The notes under the pieces are model-generated. The model saw nothing but the letters and a program-made list of their open reading frames with translations. It ran no database searches and was not told the DNA's origin. The position numbers were made by a program, and so were the translations under genes. 64,000 bases of DNA from an uncultured Bacilli bacterium (GTDB lineage Bacteria > Bacillota_I > Bacilli_A > RFN20 > CAG-826), in assembly GCA_944376605.1 (NCBI GenBank), contig CALWDE010000012.1, positions 4,360 through 68,359 on the forward strand. The letters run 5' to 3'. Shown one piece after another: positions 32,045-41,189 of the stretch. The first letter of the stretch is position 1, and every line of letters starts with the position of its first letter.

Positions 32045-32827
32045 ATGCAGTGGACGAAAAAGATTCATCAAGAATGGAAGGAATTCACCATTCTTTTAAA
32101 AGAAATACCTTCTTATGTTTTAGTTTTATTTGTTGCTTCTTTACTCATAATGAATTTACTTGCTAACAAGAGTATTGATTGCGGCACACCTTATTTAGCG
32201 CTTGATTGCGGAATTTTCGTTTCTTGGATTTCTTTTCTTACCTTAGATGCTTTAACCAAACACTTTGGAGCGAAAGCTGCAAATGAAGTCTCTTTATTTG
32301 GCATTGTTTTCTCTCTTTTCTTCTCTCTTATTTTTTATCTTGCTTCTTTAGTTCCTGGCGTTTGGGGCGAGTCTTTTATTGAGGGATCAGAAGATATCAT
32401 TAATAACGCTTTAAATCACACTTTTGGCGGAACTTGGTATGTGCTTTTAGGTTCTACAATAGCATTTCTTGCTTCCGCTTTTATCAATAATGGGGTGAAT
32501 TCCCTTTTAGCGCCTCTTTTCCGGAAAAAGCCAAATAGCCGCGTTGCCTTTTTTGTGAGAAGTTATGTTTCTACCTCTATTGCCCAGTTTTGCGATAATT
32601 TGATTTTTGCCTTTATGGTAAGTTATCTCTTTTTTAGCTGGACTCCTTTGCAGTGCGTTACTTGTGCTTTAACGGGTATGGGGGTAGAACTTCTTTTAGA
32701 AATCCTTTTCTCTTTTTATGGGTATCACTTAACAGAAAAATGGAGAAAAGAAGAAATTGGTAAGGCATATTTTGCTTATCGCATGGAAAAGGAGAAAGAA
32801 TATGAGAGTGATCATCACGGGAACTAG
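32045..32827 (+). CDS. YhhQ/DUF165 (VUT-family) queuosine-precursor transporter
   Basis: 6-TM protein. C-terminal half matches YhhQ pattern (SIAQFCDNLIFAFMVSYLFF ~ E. coli ALGQILDVHVFNRL...FFFIAFW). Start ambiguous between GTG 32030 and ATG 32045. Confidence 0.55.
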   Translation: MQWTKKIHQEWKEFTILLKEIPSYVLVLFVASLLIMNLLANKSIDCGTPYLALDCGIFVSWISFLTLDALTKHFGAKAANEVSLFGIVFSLFFSLIFYLASLVPGVWGESFIEGSEDIINNALNHTFGGTWYVLLGSTIAFLASAFINNGVNSLLAPLFRKKPNSRVAFFVRSYVSTSIAQFCDNLIFAFMVSYLFFSWTPLQCVTCALTGMGVELLLEILFSFYGYHLTEKWRKEEIGKAYFAYRMEKEKEYESDHHGN

Positions 32828-33449
32828 TCAAGGCATTGGCAAAGCGATTGCAGAAAAATTCCTGCAAAAAGGCCACGAAGTTTATGGTTTTGATATTTTA
32901 GAATCCTCCATTGAGCATCCTTTTTATCACCATATTGAGAAAAGCATTGCCGATAAAGAGCTTCCTCTTATCGATAAAGTGGAGATATTAATTCATAACG
33001 CGGGTATTCAAAAAGGGGAAGAAGACATCGATATTAACTTAAAAGCGACGATTGCCTTTAACGAGAAATATGCGTTTCATGAAGGTATTAAAAGCGTGTT
33101 ATTTATCGCAAGTAGTAGCGCTTCTAGTGGTGCGGAGTTTCCCTGTTACGCTGCTTCAAAAGGCGGCATTCTTGCCTATATGAAAAATGTTGCTATGCGC
33201 ATTGCAAAGTACGGGGCAACTGCGAATAGTCTTTCTCCTGGAGGAGTGTACACCCCTTTAAATAATCACATCATAGAAAACCCTTCTCTTCATGAAGCGG
33301 TACTCCAAGAAACGCTTCTTCATAAATGGGCTAGTGCAGAAGAGATTGCAGATTGGGCTTATTTTGTTACGGTGTGCAATCAGTCTATGACTGCACAAGA
33401 TTTGCTCATCGATAATGGTGAAATGAACCATTTCCACTTCGTTTGGTAG
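32802..33449 (+). CDS. short-chain dehydrogenase/reductase (SDR)
   Basis: TGTSQGIGKAIA glycine motif, NAG, YAASKGG (YxxxK). ATG 32802 after GGAGAAAGAA. Overlaps preceding gene by 26 nt. Confidence 0.8.
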   Translation: MRVIITGTSQGIGKAIAEKFLQKGHEVYGFDILESSIEHPFYHHIEKSIADKELPLIDKVEILIHNAGIQKGEEDIDINLKATIAFNEKYAFHEGIKSVLFIASSSASSGAEFPCYAASKGGILAYMKNVAMRIAKYGATANSLSPGGVYTPLNNHIIENPSLHEAVLQETLLHKWASAEEIADWAYFVTVCNQSMTAQDLLIDNGEMNHFHFVW

Positions 33450-33480
33450 ATATTTGCGAAATATCGTGCTTTCTTTTTTA
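33449..33480 (+). terminator. perfect 7-bp palindrome GATATTT-gcg-AAATATC plus T-run; terminator or operator
   Basis: Begins at the SDR stop codon. Followed by GTGCTTTCTTTTTT. Confidence 0.45.
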
Positions 33481-33518
33481 GTATTTGCTTTCCTTATATG
33501 GTCAATAAGGAGAACATC

Positions 33519-33848
33519 ATGGAAAAGACAGCTCTTGCTACTCCAACAGGAGAGAGCTATTTCGATGGAAATGGTTTTGGCTTTCTTGGTTGGGGACTTC
33601 TCGGCGCCCTAGTGACTATCTGCACACTCTTTTTATGTGCCCCTCTCGCTTTTGTTTGGATCTACCGCTATGAGACAAATCACACGGTGATTTCTGGCAG
33701 AAGACTTCATTTTGAAGGAAAAGCAATGAGCTTATTCGGTCACTGGATTAAATGGCTCCTTTTGACCGTTATTACATGCGGTATTTATACCCTTGTCATG
33801 TTGCCGAAAAAGCGCTGGACTACAAAGCACACATCCTTCACCATGTAA
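33519..33848 (+). CDS. small 2-TM membrane protein (DUF898/YjgN-like fold)
   Basis: ATG 33519 with AAGGAG 7 nt upstream. Pattern GFLGWGLLGALVTICTLFL ... WIKWLLLTVITCGIYTLVM. Confidence 0.45.
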   Translation: MEKTALATPTGESYFDGNGFGFLGWGLLGALVTICTLFLCAPLAFVWIYRYETNHTVISGRRLHFEGKAMSLFGHWIKWLLLTVITCGIYTLVMLPKKRWTTKHTSFTM

Positions 33849-33852
33849 GCAT

Positions 33853-33884
33853 AACTGCCTAGCAATAGGCAGTTTTCTTTTATT
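33853..33884 (+). terminator. rho-independent terminator
   Basis: AACTGCCTA-gcaa-TAGGCAGTT + TTCTTTTATT. Confidence 0.7.
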
Positions 33885-34045
33885 GTTTCCCCTGCATATC
33901 TCATTGAAATAACGTTATATCGGTAATTTTGTTGTGAAATTGCTTTTCTTACCTTCCTTCGCATTGCATCTAACCTCAACACGCTTAAAATTAGCATTTG
34001 TCATACCTGCCTTTTTTGTGCGGTTAAATTCCTAGGAGGAAAGCT

Positions 34046-34531
34046 ATGCCGATACGTCAAGATGCGAAGGAGAAAATCCTAGCTATCTGTGAATCCCATA
34101 AGGGAGAGCCATCTCCTTTAATGGTTGTGCTTGAAGAAATTCAAAGAGAGTTTGGTTATATTCCCTTTGATGTTCAAGAAATGGTTGCGAATAAACTTAA
34201 TGTAAGCGTGAGTGATGTTTATGGAGTGGTTACCTTTTATAACTTCTTCTCTTTAAATCCCAAAGGGAAGTATGTAATTGGTGTGTGTCTTGGCACCGCA
34301 TGTTACGTAAAAAATAGTCAGGCTGTTCTTGACAAGTTTGAAGAAGTGCTTGGCATTAAATCGGGTGAAACGAGCGAAGACGGTTTATTTACGATTGAGG
34401 CTCTTCGCTGCATCGGTGCTTGCGCTTTGGCACCTGCTGTTTCCATCAACGGAAAAGTTTATCCCATGGTTGCTCCTTCTAAGGTGCCATCCATTATTGA
34501 TGAATACCGTAAACTTGAGGAGGTAGCCTAA
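34046..34531 (+). CDS. hydC: [FeFe]-hydrogenase NuoE-like [2Fe-2S] subunit (HydC/HndA-type)
   Basis: Thioredoxin-like [2Fe-2S] cysteines (CLGTAC ... CIGACALAP). First gene of 3-gene operon. Confidence 0.8.
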   Translation: MPIRQDAKEKILAICESHKGEPSPLMVVLEEIQREFGYIPFDVQEMVANKLNVSVSDVYGVVTFYNFFSLNPKGKYVIGVCLGTACYVKNSQAVLDKFEEVLGIKSGETSEDGLFTIEALRCIGACALAPAVSINGKVYPMVAPSKVPSIIDEYRKLEEVA

Positions 34532-36408
34532 TGATTTCTGAGATTCGTAACGTAAAAGAATTAGACGAGGCCATTGATACTTGTACAAAAGAGTTTGAAG
34601 ACAAGATTAGTGGAGCGCACGGAAAAAGAGCGGTTCTTGTTTGTGGTGGAACAGGCTGCTTATCCAACGATTCTGATGCCATTTTGCAGGAATTTAAGCG
34701 CTTAGTAGAGGAAAAAGGTTTAGCAAATTCTATTACCGTTAATCATGTTGGTTGCTTTGGCTTTTGCTCCCAAGGTCCTTTTGTCAAAATTTATCCAGAA
34801 GATACCTTATACTGCAAAGTAAAAGTAAAAGATGTTATCGATATTGTGGAAGAAGATCTCGTTGGTGGAAATATCGTTGAACGCCTTCTTTATGTTGATC
34901 CTGTAACACATGAACGCGTGCAAAGACAAGACGATATTAACTTCTATAAGAGACAAAAGAGAATTTCTCTGCACGGCTGTTCGCTTGTTAATCCTGACTT
35001 TTTAGAGGAAGCACTTGGTTATGATGGCTTTAAAGCGTTAAAGAAAGTTCTTCTTACCATGAAGCCACAAGAAGTAATTGATGAAGTGCTCGCTTCTGGG
35101 CTTAGGGGTAGAGGAGGAGCTGGCTTCCCTACTGGCAGAAAGTGGCAATTTGCCGCGAATCAGCAAAGCGATACGAAATATATTGTTTGTAATGGTGATG
35201 AAGGCGATCCAGGCGCGTTTATGGACCGTTCTATTTTGGAAGGAAATCCCTTTGAAGTTATTGAAGGGATGATGATTGCTGGTTATGCCTTTGGCGCGCA
35301 TGAAGGCTATTTCTATGTAAGAGCGGAGTATCCTGTCGCAGTAGAACGTTTAAAAACTGCTATCAAGGATATGGAGAAGGTTGGCTTATTAGGTGACCAT
35401 ATTTTGGGAACTGATTTCTCTTTCCGCGCTTATATTCGCGAAGGCGCTGGCGCTTTCGTGTGCGGAGAAGAAACAGCCTTATTAAACAGTATTGAAGGGA
35501 AGCGCGGAATGCCAAGACCTCGTCCTCCTTTCCCTGCTATCAAAGGGCTTTGGGGAAAGCCAACCTGCGTGAATAACGTGGAGACTTTAGCCCAAGTTCC
35601 ATACATTATTCGAGTTGGGGCGAAAGAGTACGCCAAAGTGGGCACAGAAGGCAGCAAAGGCACAAAGGTGTTTGCTTTAGGCGGAAAGGTGAATAACGTC
35701 GGTTTAGTAGAAGTACCAATGGGTACCACTTTAAGAGAGTTAATCTTCGACATTGGGGGAGGTATTCCGGGCGGAAAGAAATTTAAAGCGATTCAAACGG
35801 GCGGACCTTCTGGAGGCTGCTTAACGGAAGAAGATTTAGATACTCCTATCGATTATGACACTCTCGTTGCCAAAGGCTCCATGATGGGTTCTGGTGGCGC
35901 GATTGTTATGGACGAAGATAACTGTATGGTGGACGTGGCGCGCTTCTATATGGACTTTATTTGTTCGGAGAGCTGCGGAAAATGTACGCCTTGCCGCATT
36001 GGCACAAAGCGTTTATACGAAATGCTTAGCAAAATTGTGGAAGGGAAGGGAACAAAAGAGACTTTAAAAGAAATGAAGAGTCTTGCCGCAGTGATTCATC
36101 AAGGTTCTTTATGTGCTTTAGGACAAACAGCAGCAAATCCTATTCTTTCCACGATGGAAAAATTCCCCGAAGAATATTTAGCGCACGTAGAAAGAAAAGA
36201 ATGTCCTGCTCACGTTTGTAAAAGACTTATTCGGATTGTTATTAATCCTGAATTATGTAAGAAGTGCTCTTTATGTGCGAGAAATTGTCCTGTTTCTGCT
36301 ATCACTGGTGTACCAGGAAAAGAGCCTTATCATATTGATCAAAATAAGTGTATTAAATGCGGCGCCTGTCTTGCCTCTTGCCGCTTTAAAGCGATTCATA
36401 AGGAGTAA
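34531..36408 (+). CDS. hydB: [FeFe]-hydrogenase NuoF-like NADH/FMN subunit (HydB/HndC-type) with N-terminal [2Fe-2S] and C-terminal 2x[4Fe-4S] ferredoxin domains
   Basis: GRGGAGFPTG FMN/NAD site. SESCGKCTPCR [4Fe-4S]. Terminal CKKCSLCARNCP / CIKCGACLASC. Confidence 0.85.
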   Translation: MISEIRNVKELDEAIDTCTKEFEDKISGAHGKRAVLVCGGTGCLSNDSDAILQEFKRLVEEKGLANSITVNHVGCFGFCSQGPFVKIYPEDTLYCKVKVKDVIDIVEEDLVGGNIVERLLYVDPVTHERVQRQDDINFYKRQKRISLHGCSLVNPDFLEEALGYDGFKALKKVLLTMKPQEVIDEVLASGLRGRGGAGFPTGRKWQFAANQQSDTKYIVCNGDEGDPGAFMDRSILEGNPFEVIEGMMIAGYAFGAHEGYFYVRAEYPVAVERLKTAIKDMEKVGLLGDHILGTDFSFRAYIREGAGAFVCGEETALLNSIEGKRGMPRPRPPFPAIKGLWGKPTCVNNVETLAQVPYIIRVGAKEYAKVGTEGSKGTKVFALGGKVNNVGLVEVPMGTTLRELIFDIGGGIPGGKKFKAIQTGGPSGGCLTEEDLDTPIDYDTLVAKGSMMGSGGAIVMDEDNCMVDVARFYMDFICSESCGKCTPCRIGTKRLYEMLSKIVEGKGTKETLKEMKSLAAVIHQGSLCALGQTAANPILSTMEKFPEEYLAHVERKECPAHVCKRLIRIVINPELCKKCSLCARNCPVSAITGVPGKEPYHIDQNKCIKCGACLASCRFKAIHKE

Positions 36409-36413
36409 GCAAT

Positions 36414-38207
36414 ATGGCGTTAATAGAAATTAAAATTGAAGGTAGAAATTACCAAGTTGATGACTCTTTAACAGTGTTAGAGGCTGCTAGAAGCTGCGGT
36501 TACCGTATTCCTACTTTATGTTATTGGAACCATGGCCATAACTCTTTAGCCTCTTGCAGAGTTTGCCTTGTTGAAATTAAAAATCCCCGCGGATCGCGCT
36601 TATTTGCCTCTTGTGTGTATCCGGTAAAAGAGGTTCCTGCTAGCAAAGGATTTGAGATTTTAATCTCTTCTCCTATGGCGGTTGAAGCAAGAAAGACTGC
36701 GGTAGAACTTCTTTTATCGAACCATTCCAAAGACTGTCAAACATGCGCGAAAAACGGGAAGTGCGAATTACTTGATGTTGCTAACTTAACGGGCGCAGAA
36801 ACGGGGAAGTTTATAGGGGAAAAGACTCCTACTACCTATGATGAACTTGCTCCCGGACTTATTCGCGATACGAGTAAATGCATTTTATGTGGCCGCTGCA
36901 TTGAACGCTGCAAAGAGGCGACAGGGATTGGTATTTTAGGATTTGAAAATCGCGGATTTAAAACCATTGTCGCGCCAATTGCCAATCGTTCTTTCAGCAA
37001 AGTGCCATGTCTCCAGTGCGGGCAATGCATCAACGTTTGTCCTACAGGCGCTTTATCAGAGAAGCGAGAAATTGACCGTGTTGATGAAGCCTTCAAGGAA
37101 GGCAAATATGTAGTTTGCCAAGTTGCTCCTGCAGTTCGCGCGGCAATTAGTGAAGAATTTGGCCATAAAATTGGTGAAGAAAATGGCGAAGGCAAGATGG
37201 TTGCAGCCTTACACCGTTTAGGCTTTAAGAAAGTGTTTGATGTGAACTTTGGCGCGGATGTGACCATTATGGAAGAAAGTCACGAATTACTAGAAAGAAT
37301 CAGTAAGCATACTGGCCCTTTACCACAAATTACATCTTGCTCTCCAGGCTGGGTGAATTATTTAGAGTATTTTTATCCCGAACTAATCCCACATCTATCT
37401 ACCTGCAAATCTCCTCATGAGATGCAAGGCGCTTTAACGAAGTCTTATTTTGCTGAAAAAGAGGGCTTAGATCCGAAAGATATTTATGTTGTTTCGATTA
37501 TGCCTTGCACAGCGAAGAAGTTTGAAAAAGAAAGAAAAGAGAACGCGGCGCTTGGCGTGCCTGACGTTGACGCGGTATTAACAACAAGAGAGCTTGCTTT
37601 ACTCATTAAGCGTTCTGGTATCTTATATGATGAGCTAAAAGAAGAAACTTTTGATCCTTTAATGGGTGAAAGTTCTGGTGCTGGCGCGATATTTGGTGTA
37701 ACTGGCGGAGTAATGGAAGCTGCTTTACGTACTGCTTATCACACTTTAACAGGAAAAGAGTATGCAAAAGTTGATTTTACGGAAGTACGCGGCTTTGAAG
37801 GAATTAAAGAAGCGGAAATCGATATAGAAGGAAGTAAAGTCAAAGTAGCGGTTGCTTCCGGTGCGAAAAACGCCAAACCTCTTTTAGAAGAGATTAAAGC
37901 AGGGAAGAGCCCATACGCCTTTATTGAGATTATGGGGTGCCCTGGAGGATGCTTAAATGGTGGCGGTCAGCCCTTTGTCAAACCATCCTTATTACCAAAG
38001 GAAGATAAAGACATCCTTGATACTTATTTAAGTAAGAGAGCGAATATTCTTTATTCCATTGATGAGAGAAAGAGCGTTCGTCAAAGCCATAACAATCCTG
38101 AAATTAAAGCGTTATATGAATCTTATTTAGAAAAGCCAGGAAGTGAGAAGGCGGAGCATCTCTTACATACCTCTTATATCGCTACGCGTGAGCGTTATCC
38201 TCATTAA
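36414..38207 (+). CDS. hydA: [FeFe]-hydrogenase catalytic subunit HydA (M3-type: 2Fe-2S + His-ligated 4Fe-4S + 2x4Fe-4S + H-cluster)
   Basis: H-cluster motifs TSCSPGW (L1), MPCTAKKFE (L2), EIMGCPGGCLNGGGQP (L3). CILCGRCIERC and CLQCGQCINVCP ferredoxin motifs. Confidence 0.9.
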   Translation: MALIEIKIEGRNYQVDDSLTVLEAARSCGYRIPTLCYWNHGHNSLASCRVCLVEIKNPRGSRLFASCVYPVKEVPASKGFEILISSPMAVEARKTAVELLLSNHSKDCQTCAKNGKCELLDVANLTGAETGKFIGEKTPTTYDELAPGLIRDTSKCILCGRCIERCKEATGIGILGFENRGFKTIVAPIANRSFSKVPCLQCGQCINVCPTGALSEKREIDRVDEAFKEGKYVVCQVAPAVRAAISEEFGHKIGEENGEGKMVAALHRLGFKKVFDVNFGADVTIMEESHELLERISKHTGPLPQITSCSPGWVNYLEYFYPELIPHLSTCKSPHEMQGALTKSYFAEKEGLDPKDIYVVSIMPCTAKKFEKERKENAALGVPDVDAVLTTRELALLIKRSGILYDELKEETFDPLMGESSGAGAIFGVTGGVMEAALRTAYHTLTGKEYAKVDFTEVRGFEGIKEAEIDIEGSKVKVAVASGAKNAKPLLEEIKAGKSPYAFIEIMGCPGGCLNGGGQPFVKPSLLPKEDKDILDTYLSKRANILYSIDERKSVRQSHNNPEIKALYESYLEKPGSEKAEHLLHTSYIATRERYPH

Positions 38208-38213
38208 AAGAAG

Positions 38214-38242
38214 GGGTCAGTTGCAAGACTGACTCTTTTTCT
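38214..38242 (+). terminator. rho-independent terminator of hydrogenase operon
   Basis: GTCAGT-tgcaag-ACTGAC + TCTTTTTC. Confidence 0.75.
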
Positions 38243-38256
38243 TTAGGATACTTTGT

Positions 38257-38901
38257 ATGACAAAAGTATTTTTCTTTGATTTAGACGGAACATTAATGCA
38301 TACCTTACCTGACTTAAAGGATGCGGTGAATGACGCCTTAAAAGAAGTCGCCATTCCTCTTTTTTATGAAGAAAAAGATGTACGCGCGATGATTGGGAGA
38401 GGGCCTGAAGTTTTAGCCCATAAAGCGTTAGGGATATATGATAAGGCAGATACTTTTGCTGCATTCTTAAAAGCGTATATGCCGCTATATCACGCCTACC
38501 AAGGAAGGCATTCTTTGCCTTTTCCTGGAATGAAAGAAACCCTCATTTCTTTAAAAGAGAAAGGAATGCGTTTATTTGTGGTAACCAATAAACCCGATCC
38601 TTTAGCAAAAGAGTTAATATCTCAGCATTTCCCCTCTCTTTTTGAAGGAATTCAAGGTTATTTACCTCATCATCCTCCAAAACCAGACCCTTGGTTTATC
38701 TCTTCTTTAGCAAAAGAATACAATATTTCCTTAAAAGAGGCGGTTTTTGTGGGGGATTCTTTACCAGATGCTGAAACCGCGGAAGCAATGCATCTTCCTT
38801 TTATTTTATGCACGTATGGATATGGGGAATATGTATCCCCTCTTTTGAAAAGAGCAAGTAAAATAATAGATAGTCCAAAGGGATTACTTGATATTTTATG
38901 A
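38257..38901 (+). CDS. HAD-IA family phosphatase (phosphoglycolate phosphatase-like)
   Basis: FFDLDGTLMHT motif I, VTNK, GDSLPD. Confidence 0.75.
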   Translation: MTKVFFFDLDGTLMHTLPDLKDAVNDALKEVAIPLFYEEKDVRAMIGRGPEVLAHKALGIYDKADTFAAFLKAYMPLYHAYQGRHSLPFPGMKETLISLKEKGMRLFVVTNKPDPLAKELISQHFPSLFEGIQGYLPHHPPKPDPWFISSLAKEYNISLKEAVFVGDSLPDAETAEAMHLPFILCTYGYGEYVSPLLKRASKIIDSPKGLLDIL

Positions 38902-39851
38902 TTAAAGCGGAAAAGAAGATTGTTGCAAAAGAGGTAAAAAAAGACTCGGAACGAGTTTGCTATTTTTCGAATAGCGGACTAGCCTCTGTTTTACTATTTT
39001 TTGCTGCGCTTCTTTTTGCCATTGTCTGCACCCAGCCTCTTTGGTCCACCGTTTCTGAAGGGAATGAAGAGGTTACTCGTTTCACTCTTTCCTACTGGAT
39101 TCCTCTTGCTTTATCCCCTTTTTGTATTTTAGATTTTGCAGCAGACTATGCGCCTCTTTCTTGGAAAAAGAGCAAAGTATATTCTTATTTGTCTTTGCTA
39201 TGCCCGCTTATTGAATTTGTAATTACGCTTTGTGCAGTTTACTTTGTAGTTGCTGCTTTATCGATGGGAGAAGGGATTATTTTCTTAACCCGCTTTTTAG
39301 CACTTACCTCTATTCTTCTTTTATCTCTCATCCCTCTTTTTATTCGTCTTTCTAAGATATTGCCTTATAAGGTGCTTGGGAATGTTCGGGAAAGAGCGAT
39401 ATTTACCGCGGCATTTTCTCTTTTCTCCCTCTTTTTGTTCTCTTCTTCTGCCTCGGTAGATTGCGCGATTCAAGGACCTTTAGGATTAGAGGCAATCTTC
39501 TCTCTGATTGGCTCTCTTATTAGTCTTGTTTCTTTCTTTGTTTCGCTTTATTTTGCTTTTTCAAAAAAAGGAGAAGAAAAAGCTCCTAAAGCGTTATTAA
39601 TTCTTGTTGGTATTCTTCTTGGATATTCTTTTATTGCTTTACTGCTAGGGGTAGCTAGGTTTGACTTTTCTTCTGGAAGTTCTGGCTTTCATATTTTGTT
39701 TTGGAGCATTGCCTCTGGCTTTGGAGGGATTCTTACGGGAAGCTGCGCTTTTTTCTATCTAGGAATTGATGTTCTTTATTCTTTAGATTCCCTCAAAGAG
39801 GAAGAGACAGATAAGGAGGATGATTTTTATGAATTCATTGAAAATTTATAA
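38898..39851 (+). CDS. polytopic membrane protein, function unknown; translationally overlaps cysS
   Basis: 317 aa, about 8 TM helices. Stop lies 23 nt inside cysS. Confidence 0.5.
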   Translation: MIKAEKKIVAKEVKKDSERVCYFSNSGLASVLLFFAALLFAIVCTQPLWSTVSEGNEEVTRFTLSYWIPLALSPFCILDFAADYAPLSWKKSKVYSYLSLLCPLIEFVITLCAVYFVVAALSMGEGIIFLTRFLALTSILLLSLIPLFIRLSKILPYKVLGNVRERAIFTAAFSLFSLFLFSSSASVDCAIQGPLGLEAIFSLIGSLISLVSFFVSLYFAFSKKGEEKAPKALLILVGILLGYSFIALLLGVARFDFSSGSSGFHILFWSIASGFGGILTGSCAFFYLGIDVLYSLDSLKEEETDKEDDFYEFIENL

Positions 39852-41169
39852 CTCTTTAACACAGAAAAAGGAGGAGTTTGTTCCTCTTATTCCTCATAAA
39901 GTGTCTCTCTATTTTTGTGGTCCCACTGTATATAACGATCCTCATGTAGGCAATTTTCGTCCTGTCGTTACTTTTGATATTTTACGAAGAGTGCTTCTTG
40001 CGCTTGGCTATGAGGTTACAGCTGTATCGAATTATACGGATGTTGACGACAAGATTATTCGCCGCGCAGCAGAACTCCATATTTCTGAAAAAGAACTCAC
40101 GGATTCGATCATTAAGGAATACCGTCATTTGGTAGATGAGGTTGGTGCGATGCAGCCTACTTACACCCCTCGCCCTACCGAATACATGAATGAGATTATT
40201 CAGTATGTTGATGATTTAGTGCAAAAAGGTTATGCCTATGTGGTAGACGGGGATGTTTATTTGCGTGTCAGAATGATTCCTGAATATGGTGAATTATCAG
40301 GAAATTCCATTGAAGAGTTAGAAAGCGGAGCAAGAATCTCCCCTTTAGAGAAAAAAGAAGATCCTCTTGATTTTGCTTTGTGGAAAAAGACAGAAGTAGG
40401 AATTCGTTGGGACTCACCTTGGGGGAAGGGAAGACCTGGTTGGCACACCGAGTGCTGCGTGATGATTGCGAAGATTTTTGCTGAGCAAAACGGATATATT
40501 GATATTCATGGTGGGGGATTTGATTTAAAGTTCCCGCATCACGAAAATGAAATGGCGCAGGCTAAAGCACATAACGGTAATAAGTTAGCGCGTTACTGGA
40601 TGCACAACGGCTTTATTGATATTCGCGGAGAGAAGATGAGTAAATCTCTCGGGAATGTCATTTTGATGAAAGATGTTATTCGCGATTATGGCGGAATGCC
40701 CTTCCGTCTGATGCTTCTTTCTGCCCATTACCGCGCTCCAGCAACTTTTGCAGATGAGACGATGAAAGAGGCATCTAAGAAATATGCCCAAATTGAAAAC
40801 GCTGTTAGAAAAACTGCAATAACACTGCAAAGACAAGATATTTCTTTGGATTTTACTCTTTCTTCTCCTAGTGAAAGTGTTTTAGAAGCTTTACTTGATG
40901 ATTTAAATACTCCAAACGCCTTAGCCTCTTTATATGAAGAGTTAAAATCGCTCAATCAAACTTTGGCTGGACGTACTTCTCTCTCTTTGAAAGACGTTTT
41001 CTCTCATTTTCTTTCCGATTTAAATCTTCTTGGAATAAAAGTAGAAATTCCCCTTTTAAGTGAAGAGGACAAAACGCTCTACAGGCTGTATGATAAGGCT
41101 AGAGCAGATAAGGATTTTGCAGAAAGCGACCGAATTCGCAAAATCTTAAGCGACAAAAATATCTTTTAA
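39829..41169 (+). CDS. cysS: cysteine--tRNA ligase
   Basis: MNSLKIYNSLTQKKEEF aligns to CysS N-terminus. HVGNFRP (HIGH) and KMSKSLGN. AAGGAGGA 9 nt before ATG 39829. Confidence 0.9.
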   Translation: MNSLKIYNSLTQKKEEFVPLIPHKVSLYFCGPTVYNDPHVGNFRPVVTFDILRRVLLALGYEVTAVSNYTDVDDKIIRRAAELHISEKELTDSIIKEYRHLVDEVGAMQPTYTPRPTEYMNEIIQYVDDLVQKGYAYVVDGDVYLRVRMIPEYGELSGNSIEELESGARISPLEKKEDPLDFALWKKTEVGIRWDSPWGKGRPGWHTECCVMIAKIFAEQNGYIDIHGGGFDLKFPHHENEMAQAKAHNGNKLARYWMHNGFIDIRGEKMSKSLGNVILMKDVIRDYGGMPFRLMLLSAHYRAPATFADETMKEASKKYAQIENAVRKTAITLQRQDISLDFTLSSPSESVLEALLDDLNTPNALASLYEELKSLNQTLAGRTSLSLKDVFSHFLSDLNLLGIKVEIPLLSEEDKTLYRLYDKARADKDFAESDRIRKILSDKNIF

Positions 41170-41189
41170 CAAATCAAGGAGGAGCCAAA

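Noticed and set aside
33932-33950. Rex-like site TTGTGAAATTGCTTTTC upstream of hydrogenase
   Set aside because: Only the left half-site matches TTGTGAA-N4-TTCACAA.
36836-37267. 143-aa minus-strand ORF
   Set aside because: Antisense within hydA.
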